Positions 20,241 through 31,253 of a DNA stretch of 64,000 nt are shown one piece after another. The translations under genes and the position numbers were made by a program. This DNA comes from an uncultured Gemmataceae bacterium. GTDB taxonomy: Bacteria > Planctomycetota > Planctomycetia > Gemmatales > Gemmataceae. Within the stretch, counting starts at the first letter, position 1. Every line of letters starts with the position of its first letter. The notes under the pieces were generated by a model, which was given only the letters and a program-made list of their open reading frames with translations, was not told the origin of the DNA and searched no databases. The DNA lies in assembly GCA_963750165.1 (NCBI GenBank), contig CAVVPN010000011.1:1440001-1504000 (forward strand). Reading direction: 5' to 3'.

Positions 20241-22008
20241 CGCCCCGCCCCTCCCCGCTTTCCCGATTCCCTCGATTCCAGCACCGCCCACGCCGCCACG
20301 TCCCGGCCCGCCGTGTCGCGGCCGCGGACCTTGAACACCACCGCCGCGTCCGCCAGCCCGGCCGGCAGCGTCAGCGCCGCGCTGCGCCGCGTCGCGCCCG
20401 CCGCCAGCGCCGTGCCGCCGAACCATGTCCGCGCCGCCGTCACCCGCGTGTCGCCCTCCGACTCTCCGGTCGGCGACTGCCGCTCCCACGCCGCGCCAAG
20501 CAACCGCACCGGGCCGCCGTGCGCCGTCAGCGCCAGTCGCACACGGTTGCCGCCCGCCAACCGTTCGCAGCGCAGGCTCAGGCGCGGCGTCTCGGCCGGC
20601 AGCCGGACCAGCGTCACCTGCAATTCCGCCTCTGGGGCCGCCGTCACCGTCAGCCGCGTCCGCGCCGCCCCGGGCGTGTGCAGCAGGCAGTAGGCCGCGG
20701 CGGTGGCCGCCAGCTCGACCCGGTACTCACCCCCTGTCAGCGGCACCAGCGCCGGCCTGGGGCCGCACAGCAGCCGCGACCTCAGCCGGCGGTGCAGATC
20801 CGGGCCGCCCGCCGCCAGGGATGTCGTCCAGCCGCGGAACAGCGCCGCGAAGGGCCGTTGCGTCGCCGCCTCCAGGTTGGCGATGCCCTGCAAGTTCGAG
20901 CGGATCAGCCGCGCCGCCAGGTCGTCCCGGCCATGCTGTTCCTGGCACCAGCGCAGGAACAGGAAGACACTGCCGCGATTGCCGGGCGTCCGCCACAGGC
21001 CGCTGCCGTAGTAGTCCGGCACCACCAGCGCGTGCCGCGCCGGGTCGTTCAGGAAGCCGCTGACGCGGTAGTCGAGGTTGCCCCAGTCGTAGCGGTGCCG
21101 GTCCTCCGCCAGGTGCGCCAGGCCCTCATTGAGCCAGCTCTCCTCGTCCGCGCGTGGCACGCCCGGCAGGTAGTCGCCGAAGACATGCTCGCTGACCAGC
21201 ACCGCGTGCGTGAACTCGTGGGCCAGGATCGTCCGCAGGTAACCGCCCGGCTTCAGGTCCGTGTTCAGGTACAGCATGTCGCAACGGTTGCTGAACGGCG
21301 CCGGCAGATCGCGGTAAAAATCGCTGCCGCGCACGAAGCCACTCAGTGCCACCTTGCCGCTCTGCAACTTCGCCAGCCACGGACTGAACAGGATCGTGAA
21401 ACGGCCGTCGCGGTCCACGTCCAGCGCCCGGCCCTGGGCCCGCAGCGCCGCCGGGTAGATTTCCTCGTCGAAGGCGCGCACAGCGTCGGCGACGGTGGGC
21501 CGCAGTCCGTCGGCATCCGTGTGGCTGCTGTCCACGTACACCTGGCAGTGTCGACCGACCGCCCGCAGCGCCGCCGTCACCGCGACGTAATTGCCGGGGT
21601 CGCGGTAGTCGAGGTTGCGGACGAACAGGTGAAAGACCTTCTCACCGGGCGGGGCGGGCAACGACGGGTAGCCGGGGTGGTCGGGGTGCAGGCGGCGGGA
21701 GCGGGCCTGTGCTCGGCGGCAGCGCGGACGAGCCGGGCCCACTCGGGGTCGGCGGCGGCTGTGTCGCGTTCCACGGCCGCGGGGTCGGTGGTCGGATCGG
21801 TGCGCACCTCAACACGGTAGGGCCCGCCACGACCCAGCGCCCCGACGATCAGGTGATACTGCTCACCAGGACGGTCGGTCGGTAGCACCGCCACACAGCG
21901 GCCCTGGTGGACGGCGACGGGCAGCGCCTCGGTCGCGACGGCGGCCGACCCCCCGGCCGCCAGCAGCAACCCCACAGCGATCCCCCACGATCCCTGTCGA
22001 GCGGTCAT
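20237..22008 (-). CDS. Secreted zinc metallopeptidase (M30/hyicolysin-like), frameshift near 21700
   Basis: Signal peptide; DVDRDGRFTIL, TILAHEFTHAV, WLNEGLAHLAE. Confidence 0.8.
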
Positions 22009-22245
22009 GACGCGGCCTCGAATCCCCCAGGTTGCGCAGACGGCACGCTTGCGGTGCAGCACGCCCCTTTTTTCCCATCGGTGATTGGGCGGCGTCTCTT
22101 GAATGGAACCCAGGTTTTGCCGAGCTTGCCCGCGAGACTGGGAGGGTGAGGAAACCGTGCGCCGGCAGGAAAAGAGCCCGCGAAGGCGTGATCCCGTGAA
22201 CATTTCCGCCAAATTGCGCCTCGTGCGCCTGGCGCCTCGTCGCGC

Positions 22246-22347
22246 CTCGTTCCCACGCTCCGGCGTGGGGACGAGAGGCAAGGGCGCCCATTCTCGACAT
22301 GTGAAAAAGTTGGCGTTCTTGGCGTCCTTGGCGTTCTTGCTGTGGCA
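22246..22347 (+). repeat. CTCGTTCCCACGC-type REP hairpin followed by the TCTCGAC-(9-mer)n module
   Basis: Hairpin 22246-22275; GGGCGCCCATTCTCGACATGTGAAAAAGTTGG-(CGTYCTTGG)2-CGTTCTTGCTGTGGCA at 22282-22347. Confidence 0.8.
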
Positions 22348-22389
22348 GACCATGCCCGCCAATGACCGGCGGCGCCACCCGCCCGGCCT

Positions 22390-24003
22390 TCACGGGTTCG
22401 CCGCCTTTGCCTTCTGCCGCGCCGCCCGCACCTCCTGCAGCACCTCCTGCGCGAACGGTTCGTCCCGATACAGCGCCTCGATGCCGGCCCAGACCCGTTC
22501 CGCCTCCGCCGGCGGCAGCGTCGCGGCGCGCTTCAGCGCCGCCCGCACCGGCGCCCAGCGCTCCTTCGCCTCGGCGGCTTTCTTCAGTTCGCGCCGCGCC
22601 CGCTCCGCCTGCTGCACCCACTCCTTCTCTGAGTCCACGTCCCGGAACACCGTCGCCAGCCGCCCCCACAGTTCCAGCGCTTCCTTGATCTTGCCTTCCT
22701 TCGCCAATTGCTGGCCCTGCTCAAAGAAGCGCTGCCCCTCGCTCCTGCCGAGTTCCGGCACCAGCACCGCCTGCCGCGCCGCCTCGATCTGCAACCGATA
22801 TTTCTCCACTTGCTCCTGATACGGGTGGTCCGGGAAGCGCTCGTTGAGCGGCTGGAAGTAGTCGCGCCAGGCCCGCTCCCAGTCGGTCAACTCCTTCGAC
22901 TTCATCAGTTCGCTGCCGTGCTCGAACAGCGCGTTGGCGCTGGGCGGCCACAGCGCCCAGGCGATCAGGCCGACGACCAGGAGCAACAGCGGCAGCAGCA
23001 CCCACCAGCGGTTCAGCGCCTGGCCCAGCACACCGCCGCGGTTCTGCCGGTCCAGTTCGTCGCGCATCAGCCGGCTCATCACCGTCGCGGCGCCGGGGCC
23101 GTGCTGGGCGGGCAGGTCGGTGATCTTGTTCTCCGCAACGGTCCCCTCTTGCCGGCCGCCCACCTGCGTCAGACTGCTCTTGCGTTCCAGCTTGCGGCGC
23201 ACCGACTCCAGCTGCCGGCTCAGCACCAGGCAGTCCGCCGGCCGCTTCTCCGGCTCCTTCTCCAGCAACTGGCAAACGATCTCGTCAATCTCGTAGGGCA
23301 GCTCCGGCACGATTTTCTGCGGCCGGTCGAACTGGGCGTAGCGGTGCTTGTGCAGCAGGTCGAGGTAGGTCAGACCGTCGAAGGGCGTGCGGCCGGTCAG
23401 CGCCGTGTAGAGCACGACGCCGAGCGAATACAGGTCGCTGCGCTTGCTGACCGGCTTGCCGGCGGCCTGCTCCGGCGACAGATACTCCGCGGTGCCGACG
23501 ACGCCGCCCGTGGCCGTCAGATGGCTGGTGGCGAACAGCTTGGCGATACCGAAGTCCGTCACCTTGACCTGGCCGTCCGGCGTCAGCAGCAGGTTGGGCG
23601 GCTTGATGTCGCGGTGGATGACACCGTGGTCGTGAACGTGCTTGAGAGCGTGGCAGACCTGCACCGCCAGGTCGAGCACGTCCTTCCAGGGCAGCCGGCC
23701 CTGCTCGCGCAGCAGTTCGTCGAGGCTCTGGCCCTCGATGTACTCCATTGCGTAGAAGTACAGGCCGTTCTCCTGGCCGGCCTCGTAGAAGCGGACGATG
23801 TTGGGATGGTCGAGCACGCTGAGGGTTTCGATCTCGCGCTGGAAGCGGTGCAGGAAACCGACATCCTGCGCCAGTTCTGCGGCCAGCACCTTGAGGGCCG
23901 CTTTGCGACCGCCGATCTCCTCCTGAGCGAGGTAGACACGGCCCATGCCGCCGCGGCCCAGCTCCTTGTAGATGACCCATTTACCCAGGCGTTCGCCGAT
24001 CAT
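22390..24003 (-). CDS. Membrane-anchored Ser/Thr protein kinase
   Basis: GRGGMGRVY, ALKVL, HRDIKPPN, DFG, YLSPEQ; one TM helix; TPR-like C-terminus. Confidence 0.95.
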   Translation of the reverse strand: MIGERLGKWVIYKELGRGGMGRVYLAQEEIGGRKAALKVLAAELAQDVGFLHRFQREIETLSVLDHPNIVRFYEAGQENGLYFYAMEYIEGQSLDELLREQGRLPWKDVLDLAVQVCHALKHVHDHGVIHRDIKPPNLLLTPDGQVKVTDFGIAKLFATSHLTATGGVVGTAEYLSPEQAAGKPVSKRSDLYSLGVVLYTALTGRTPFDGLTYLDLLHKHRYAQFDRPQKIVPELPYEIDEIVCQLLEKEPEKRPADCLVLSRQLESVRRKLERKSSLTQVGGRQEGTVAENKITDLPAQHGPGAATVMSRLMRDELDRQNRGGVLGQALNRWWVLLPLLLLVVGLIAWALWPPSANALFEHGSELMKSKELTDWERAWRDYFQPLNERFPDHPYQEQVEKYRLQIEAARQAVLVPELGRSEGQRFFEQGQQLAKEGKIKEALELWGRLATVFRDVDSEKEWVQQAERARRELKKAAEAKERWAPVRAALKRAATLPPAEAERVWAGIEALYRDEPFAQEVLQEVRAARQKAKAANP

Positions 24004-24027
24004 GTCACCACCCACGGCTGAGGAATT

Positions 24028-24135
24028 GATTCACCACAAAGACACAAAGAACACAAAGGGAAAGACAGAGAGGAAAAATATTCTCCCATTCTCTCTGTCT
24101 TTCCCTTTGTGTTCTTTGTGTCTTTGTGGTGAATC
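24028..24135. repeat. Perfect 45-bp-arm hairpin built from CACAAAGA repeats with an AAGACAG core
   Basis: GATTCACCACAAAGACACAAAGAACACAAAGGGAAAGACAGAGAG and its exact reverse complement. Confidence 0.9.
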
Positions 24136-24139
24136 CTTT

Positions 24140-25237
24140 TTACGATAATCCGAAGGCCGCGCGCACCTCGGCGGCGCGGGGGTGACGCAGCCAGTCGAGC
24201 ACCGTGCCCTGGGCGCCACGCAGCGCCAGCTGCTCGATCAGGCCGCGGTAGGGACCGCCAGCCAGGCCGTCCGCGAGCACCGCCGCCCCCTGGGCCGCGT
24301 GCTTGACCCACACCCCCGGCAGCGACTCCAGCGGCGCCACGCTGCCGAAGCGGCCCAGGTCCGTCGCCACCAGGCCCGCGAACGTCGGCTCCGTCTCCAG
24401 CAGCCGGCCCGACAGCAGCAGATGCTGGAACGGCGTCACCGCCCGCAGCGCCGCCACGTTCTTGACCAGCGACTCGCGGAAGACCGCCCGGCCCTCGTCC
24501 TGGTTGCGGTGTGACAGCACACCGCCGCCGAACAGGTCGTCCTTTGACAGGCAGCCGCACAGGTGCGCCAGTTCGCCATCCCAGGCGCCCAGGCCCGCCC
24601 AGCCCACCGGCCCACTGCTGCCGCCGACGCCGTCCACGATCTGTCCGTCCTGCACCACCACGCAGGCACTGAAAGCACTGCCCAGCTCGACCACACAGAA
24701 CGTGCAGCGACCCCACTCCGCCGACTGCGCCGTCGCGAACTGCCGCAGCGCCAGCGCCGCCACGCACAGCTTGTCCGCTGTGCCCAGGTCGATGCGGTTG
24801 ACCTTGCGCAGCGCCGGCACCGTCGGCAGGTGAATCACCGCCGGCAGGAACACCAGCGGCAGATTGCAGTCGATCAGGCCGCGCAGCAGGGCGGTGAATT
24901 TGACGACACCCTGTTCGTGGCCGCGGTCATCCGGGCGCACCAGCGTCAGCAGCGCCAGTTCCGCGTCGCCGCAGTCCTTCGCCGCCAGCAGTGGCAGCCC
25001 ATAGCCGGACGGCGCCGCCACCACCTGGAACGGCCCACGCTCCTGCAGCCAGCGGCACGGCAACTCCGCGTCGGCGCGCAGCTCGTCCGGGGTGAAGCGG
25101 CACTGGTCCGCGACGGCGCCGTCCTCCAGGATCAGCCAGTCGAGACTGCTGGTCCCCGGGTCCGCGCCGGCCACGCGGACGGCGCCCAGCGCACTCAGGC
25201 ACGCCAGGACGGTCAGGAGCAACAGCAGGGTAAACAT
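24140..25237 (-). CDS. DUF1464-family protein (Orf9-like, H4MPT-cluster ASKHA fold); start uncertain
   Basis: GADPGTSS, APSGYG, PTVP..RKVNRIDLGTADK, ELGSAF, IVDGVGG, KHAAQGAAVLADGLAGG. Confidence 0.85.
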   Translation of the reverse strand: MFTLLLLLTVLACLSALGAVRVAGADPGTSSLDWLILEDGAVADQCRFTPDELRADAELPCRWLQERGPFQVVAAPSGYGLPLLAAKDCGDAELALLTLVRPDDRGHEQGVVKFTALLRGLIDCNLPLVFLPAVIHLPTVPALRKVNRIDLGTADKLCVAALALRQFATAQSAEWGRCTFCVVELGSAFSACVVVQDGQIVDGVGGSSGPVGWAGLGAWDGELAHLCGCLSKDDLFGGGVLSHRNQDEGRAVFRESLVKNVAALRAVTPFQHLLLSGRLLETEPTFAGLVATDLGRFGSVAPLESLPGVWVKHAAQGAAVLADGLAGGPYRGLIEQLALRGAQGTVLDWLRHPRAAEVRAAFGLS

Positions 25238-25240
25238 GAG

Positions 25241-26110
25241 TTAAAACTGCTTCGCCAGCTCGTACACTTCCTCGGCGTCGAGCACGCGGTCGTTGGCCTC
25301 GAACAGCTGGGCGATGGCCGCCTTGTGGACCTTCATCTTGGTATCGCCGACGCCGATGGCCCCGTAACCGAGCACGCCGTCGCGCTCGACGCCCTTATCC
25401 GTGACCTCGACGCCCTCGACGCCCAGCGGCGGCACCGCGTTCAGGTCGATGGCCACGCGCAGCCCCGGACACGCCGCCCGCGCCATCTTCGGCACCAGCA
25501 CCACACCGGCCGCGCCCGCCGCGATCACCAGCGTGCGCCCCGTCAGCGCCGCGGTCAGCTCCGCCGGGCTCGCGGTGCTCACCGGCTCCAGCCGGGCGTC
25601 CGGCACACGCGCTCGCACCGCCGCGCAGACCGCCGCGGAGCGCGTCTGCTGCCGGGAGGCGACGCGCACCTCCGTCCCCGCGCGCGCCAGCAGCCGCACC
25701 ACCCGCTGGCCGACCGGCCCCGTCGCCGCCAGCACCAGGGCCGCGGCGCCGCGCAGTTCCAGGTGTCGAGCGGCGGCGCGCACCGCGGCGGCGGCCGTGG
25801 TGTTGGCGCCGTTGGCGTCCAGCAGGATCGACACGCGCAGGCCGAACTTCGGCAGCATGTGCTGGAGCGCCTCCTGCATCAGCCGCTCGCCGAGGGCCAC
25901 GTCACTGCCGCCGACGAAGACCGCGGTGTGTTTCAGGTCCTTCGGGCCGCGCGTGAAGATGGCGCCGTGGATCAGGTCGCGCACCTGCTCCACGCGGACG
26001 CCGCCGTAGCTGAACAGCTCGTCGGCGCCGGCGTCAATGGCCACAACGCGGTCGAACACACTCGGGTGCGCGTCGCCGTCGAGCTGGATGAGAATCTTGC
26101 GCTTGTCCAT
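25241..26110 (-). CDS. mtdC: NADP-dependent methylene-H4MPT/methylene-H4F dehydrogenase (MtdA/MtdC type)
   Basis: PSVFDRVVAIDAG, GAIFTRGP, DANGANTTAAAAV, IDLNAVPPLG; MtdC is the planctomycete name, assigned by context. Confidence 0.85.
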   Translation of the reverse strand: MDKRKILIQLDGDAHPSVFDRVVAIDAGADELFSYGGVRVEQVRDLIHGAIFTRGPKDLKHTAVFVGGSDVALGERLMQEALQHMLPKFGLRVSILLDANGANTTAAAAVRAAARHLELRGAAALVLAATGPVGQRVVRLLARAGTEVRVASRQQTRSAAVCAAVRARVPDARLEPVSTASPAELTAALTGRTLVIAAGAAGVVLVPKMARAACPGLRVAIDLNAVPPLGVEGVEVTDKGVERDGVLGYGAIGVGDTKMKVHKAAIAQLFEANDRVLDAEEVYELAKQF

Positions 26111-26128
26111 GAGTCATCAAGAAAGGGC

Positions 26129-26208
26129 ATCCACAGATGACACAGTTGACACAGATAAAGACAAAACCAAATGTTTTTATTTGTCTTTTATCTGTGTCAT
26201 CTGTGGAT
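26129..26208. repeat. CACAGATGA 9-mer hairpin with an AAGACA core
   Basis: ATCCACAGATGACACAGTTGACACAGATAAAGACAAA ... TTTGTCTTTTATCTGTGTCATCTGTGGAT. Confidence 0.85.
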
Positions 26209-26214
26209 TTGTTT

Positions 26215-26712
26215 TTACTTCGGCGAGAACGGATGCTTGGCGGTGTCCTTCTTCGCCAGGATGTCGTCGATCTTGGGCTCGCCTTTCATGGCGTTGCTGA
26301 TGGCCATCTTGGTGGCCTCATAGTTGTACTGGTAAATCTTGGCGTCGTCCTTGGCCTGCCAGTGGATGAAGACGCCGCAGACGATGACGTAGTCGTCGGC
26401 CTTGGCCTTGGGGATGACACCGGCGGCGACGCTGTCGGCGACGGCCTTGGCGACGGCGGCCTGGGCCGGGCCGAACATCTGCACCACCTGCGGCGCGCCC
26501 TTGAGGGTCACCTTGGTGATGAGCACGGTCGCCGGCTTGCAGATCAGGTTGGGCGTCAGCACCGCCAGCAGGTTGGTAAAGCCCTGCTTCTGGTTGGCCA
26601 GGGCGGTGGCGAACGCCACGCCGACCGGACCGTCCTTGTCACCGATCATCAGGTCAATGTGCGCGACCTCGTTGCCGTCGCCCACCAGGGCCTCACCGAT
26701 GTACATCGCCAT
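26215..26712 (-). CDS. fae: Formaldehyde-activating enzyme
   Basis: GEALVGDGNEVAHIDL, QMFGPAQAAVAKAV, GVFIHW, YNYEATK, HPF. Confidence 0.95.
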   Translation of the reverse strand: MAMYIGEALVGDGNEVAHIDLMIGDKDGPVGVAFATALANQKQGFTNLLAVLTPNLICKPATVLITKVTLKGAPQVVQMFGPAQAAVAKAVADSVAAGVIPKAKADDYVIVCGVFIHWQAKDDAKIYQYNYEATKMAISNAMKGEPKIDDILAKKDTAKHPFSPK

Positions 26713-26845
26713 GCCAGTCTCCTTCGCTAGAGGTGGATCAAATTGCCGTGCCGGCATGGACCATCAGCGGTCCTGGCGGCGCGTGCAACTGTTTCCCTTG
26801 AAATAGGACGAAAGCCGGAGGGTGACAAGCGGCGGAGGTCAACGC

Positions 26846-26873
26846 AAAAACCCCGGAACAGGCGTTCCGGGGT
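26846..26873 (-). terminator. Rho-independent terminator
   Basis: Minus strand ACCCCGGAAC-GCCT-GTTCCGGGG-TTTTT. Confidence 0.8.
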
Positions 26874-27062
26874 CGGGGAGAACCAGCGAAGGCACTGCCG
26901 GCGACGCGGCTGGTGCCGCCCAACTGGGGCGACGGGGCGAGCCCAGGGGGTGGGGGAGCGGGCCTGTCGGTTTTCCGGGCCCCGCGTCCTGGTGGCGGCA
27001 CCAGCCGTGGCCCCGCAGGTGCGGGACTGCGGGAGCCGTCCTGCAGGGAGGTTTGGCTGACG
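26846..27062 (-). ncRNA. Candidate structured small RNA (about 215 nt)
   Basis: -10-like GATAAT (27069-27074, minus strand), perfect 14-bp stem 26907-26920/26994-27007, extra hairpins, own terminator, no credible ORF. Confidence 0.4.
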
Positions 27063-27133
27063 AAGAAAATTATCGGCCGCGCGGCTGCGCCGGCATGAGG
27101 GAAACGTGAAGGGCCGCCCCCGACGTGCGTGGA

Positions 27134-28288
<1,155 letters not shown>

Positions 28289-28307
28289 GCGCTGTCCCTT
28301 TGTGAAA

Positions 28308-29747
28308 TCAGTTCCCTGCCCTGCGGCCGTTTTTCGATTGCGCCTTCGCGCGGCCCTTGCGCGGCGCCGCCTTGGCGTCCTTCGCGGCCTCCGCCCGCTC
28401 ATCCTTGCCCATCTGGCTCCAGTACTGCACCAGGTCGATGCGCGTCACGATGTCCACGACCTTGCCGTCCTGCGACGCCAGCACGCCCGTGTTCCCGGCC
28501 AGCAGCAGCCGGTACGCCTCGTCCAGATGCACGGCCGTGTCCACCACCGGCAGCGGCCGGGCCATGATCTCGGCCACCGTCACCCGCGCCGGGTCCGACT
28601 GGTCGTGCAGCAGTCGCGCCAGCGTCATCTCCTGAACGCTGCCGACCGGCTTGCCGTCCTGCAGTACCGGCAGCTGCGAGATGCCCGCCGACTGCATCAC
28701 CTCAATGGCTTCCGCGGCGCTGGTCTTCGGCGAGACCGCGACCATCTGGTGCTTGCCGCGCGACTTGAGCAGGTCGCCGATCGAGTGCGGCGCCTCCACC
28801 TTCGTCAGCAGGTTGTTGTCCCGCAGCCAGGCGTCGTCGAACATCTTGCTCAAATAATTGCGGCCGGTGTCGGCGCACAGGGCGACGATCAGATGCTCGC
28901 CGGTCAGCCGGCGGGCGTAGCGCAGGGCCGCGGCGACGGCGGTGCCGCTGGAGCCGCCGACCAGCAGGCCCTCGCGGCGGGCCAGCTGGCGGGCGACGTA
29001 GAACGACTCGGCGTCGCTGATGCGCACCCAGTCATCGACCATCTGGCTGTTGAACGTCTTGGGCACGAAGTCCTCGCCAATGCCCTCGACCTTCCACGGC
29101 CGCGGCGAGTCGCCCGAGAGCACCGAGCCCTCCGGGTCGGCGCCGATGATCCGGACCTCGGGGTTCTGTTCCTTGAGATAGCGAGCGACACCGGAGATGG
29201 TGCCGCCGGTGCCGACGCCGGCGACGAACGCGGTGATGCGGCCCTCGGTCTGCTCCCAGATCTCGAAGCCGGTGGTGCGATAGTGAACGTCGGGGTTGGC
29301 GAGGTTGGTGAACTGGTTCGGCCGCCAGGCCCCCGGAATCTCACGCGACAGGCGGTCAGCGACACCGTTGTAGCTCTCGGGCGAGTCGGCCGGGACGCTC
29401 GTCGGCGTGATGACAACCTCGGCGCCGTAGGCTTTCAGGAGCAGCACCTTTTCGCTGCTCATCTTGTCGGGCAGGACGAAGATGCAGCGGTAGCCCTTGA
29501 CGGCGGCGGCCATGGCCAGGCCGACGCCGGTGTTGCCGGCGGTGGCCTCAATGATGGTGCCGCCGGGCCGCAGCCAGCCGCGCCGCTCGGCCTCGGCGAT
29601 CATGGCCAGGCCGACGCGGTCCTTGACGCTGCCGCCGGGGTTCAGCGACTCCATCTTGACGTAAACACTCGCCTTGAGCCCTTCCGTCAGGCGCCGCAGG
29701 CGGACCAGCGGCGTCTTGCCGATGGACTGAAGGATCGTTTCTTGCAT
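28308..29747 (-). CDS. Cystathionine beta-synthase with C-terminal CBS domains
   Basis: NPGGSVKDR, EATAGNTG, GVGTGGT, VEGIG, GGSSG; CBS pair. Confidence 0.92.
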   Translation of the reverse strand: MQETILQSIGKTPLVRLRRLTEGLKASVYVKMESLNPGGSVKDRVGLAMIAEAERRGWLRPGGTIIEATAGNTGVGLAMAAAVKGYRCIFVLPDKMSSEKVLLLKAYGAEVVITPTSVPADSPESYNGVADRLSREIPGAWRPNQFTNLANPDVHYRTTGFEIWEQTEGRITAFVAGVGTGGTISGVARYLKEQNPEVRIIGADPEGSVLSGDSPRPWKVEGIGEDFVPKTFNSQMVDDWVRISDAESFYVARQLARREGLLVGGSSGTAVAAALRYARRLTGEHLIVALCADTGRNYLSKMFDDAWLRDNNLLTKVEAPHSIGDLLKSRGKHQMVAVSPKTSAAEAIEVMQSAGISQLPVLQDGKPVGSVQEMTLARLLHDQSDPARVTVAEIMARPLPVVDTAVHLDEAYRLLLAGNTGVLASQDGKVVDIVTRIDLVQYWSQMGKDERAEAAKDAKAAPRKGRAKAQSKNGRRAGN

Positions 29748-29851
29748 CGGTCACCTCGTGCGCAGGGAGAGGTCTCGGGGTTCCTGCGCCATTTGACCGT
29801 GGAAGGGGCCGCCAGAGCAAGGCCAGTCCCGCAATGACAGAACGAGTCCGG

Positions 29852-30985
29852 TCACTTCACCGCAGCCTTCTTCGGCACCGGCACCACTGTGGACAGCTCC
29901 ATGTCCAGGTACAGGTCCGAACTGCCCTGGCGGTTGCGCACGTGGACCGCGACCACATTGCGGCCGGGTCGCAGCAGCTTCACCGGCACCTCCACGTCGC
30001 GGTTCCAGTAGGCGAACTCGTGATCCAGCTCCGGGTCGCGGTCGGCCAGCGTGCCGTTGATATACACATCGGCGCTGTCGTCACTGGCGACGCACAGGCG
30101 CACCGTGACGCCCTTCCCCTGGAGAACCGCCGCCGGCACCTCGAAAGCGCGGCGGAAGACGAACGGCACACCCTTTTCCTGAATCGTCGTGCCCTTGCGC
30201 TTGCCGATCTCGTCTTCGCCGTAGCCGACCGGCGCCTTGCCGGTGCGCCAGGCCCGGTCGTCAAAATCGGGCTGAATCCAGCGGTTGCCGAGCCTGGCCA
30301 CGTTCGCGGCGGGCAGGAACTTCCAGCCAGCAGTGCTTTCCGCAATCAGGACGGTTGTCCTGTACTCCGGCACGTCGCCCTCAGCGCCGAAAGCCACGAA
30401 GTCGCGCTTGGGGTTGTAGTCGATTCGCTTCAGGCTCGCCCGGAGACGCTGATACTTGCCCTTGCGCAGGTGCAGCTGGTCGCGATTGGCGTCCACGAAG
30501 CAGGGCACGATCACTTCCTTGCCGGCCACAACGTCCGTCACGGCCTTCGTCAGCACGTCGGTGCTGCCGCTGAAGGTGCGCAGCATGTACGGCTCGGCGT
30601 GTGTCATGCCCCACCACTCGCCCTCCTTGTAAGTCTGATACCAGTAGTCGCCGATGCACGTCTCGCTCTGGCCGCCGTTGTGGAACATGACCGCTCGCCG
30701 GCCCACGTCCGCCCAGTTCATGACCGTCTGCCATTCGCGCGGATTGAAGCCGCGTTTGCCGATGTTGTGCTTGATCTCCGCCTGGCCATCCTTGCCCTTG
30801 ATCTCCGTCACCTTCTTGTAATAGATCAGGCCCCGGTCCTTGTTGACCTTCGTCACTTCCAGCAGCAGGATCGTGGTCGATTCGTTGCAGACCCGGCCGA
30901 GCGTGAACGGGGCCTCGACGTAGGCAAACGCGCTGGGCACAGCGGTCCCGAGCAGCACGGCAGCGATCACCAGCAGACGTTTCAT
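29852..30985 (-). CDS. Secreted hypothetical protein with a C-terminal galactose-binding-like domain
   Basis: Signal peptide; FDDRAWRTGKAPVGYG, SDDSADVYING, LRPGRNVVAVHV, SSDLYLD. Confidence 0.75.
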   Translation of the reverse strand: MKRLLVIAAVLLGTAVPSAFAYVEAPFTLGRVCNESTTILLLEVTKVNKDRGLIYYKKVTEIKGKDGQAEIKHNIGKRGFNPREWQTVMNWADVGRRAVMFHNGGQSETCIGDYWYQTYKEGEWWGMTHAEPYMLRTFSGSTDVLTKAVTDVVAGKEVIVPCFVDANRDQLHLRKGKYQRLRASLKRIDYNPKRDFVAFGAEGDVPEYRTTVLIAESTAGWKFLPAANVARLGNRWIQPDFDDRAWRTGKAPVGYGEDEIGKRKGTTIQEKGVPFVFRRAFEVPAAVLQGKGVTVRLCVASDDSADVYINGTLADRDPELDHEFAYWNRDVEVPVKLLRPGRNVVAVHVRNRQGSSDLYLDMELSTVVPVPKKAAVK

Positions 30986-31084
30986 CGATCTTCCTCCTTG
31001 GACCAACCGGGACTCCGGGCGCGGCAACGACGCTCTCCTGGGGACGAATCATACCCGAAATCTTCACGCGCACCCAGCCCTTGT

Positions 31085-31168
31085 TGGCTCGGGGCGAGCG
31101 GCGCGGCGTCAGCCCGCCGGTAATCCAAAACACCGGCGGGCTGACGCCGCGCCGCTCGCCCCGAGCCA
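31085..31168. repeat. REP-like palindrome, 37-bp arms (same family as 135-202)
   Basis: Identical 29-bp core arms, different loop. Confidence 0.9.
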
Positions 31169-31253
31169 GGTTTTCATTTGCCCTGCGCCGCCGCTTGCAG
31201 TTTCATGAAGCGAGACGTGCGCCCGCTCCACCCCACAAGCCATGAGGTCCACC

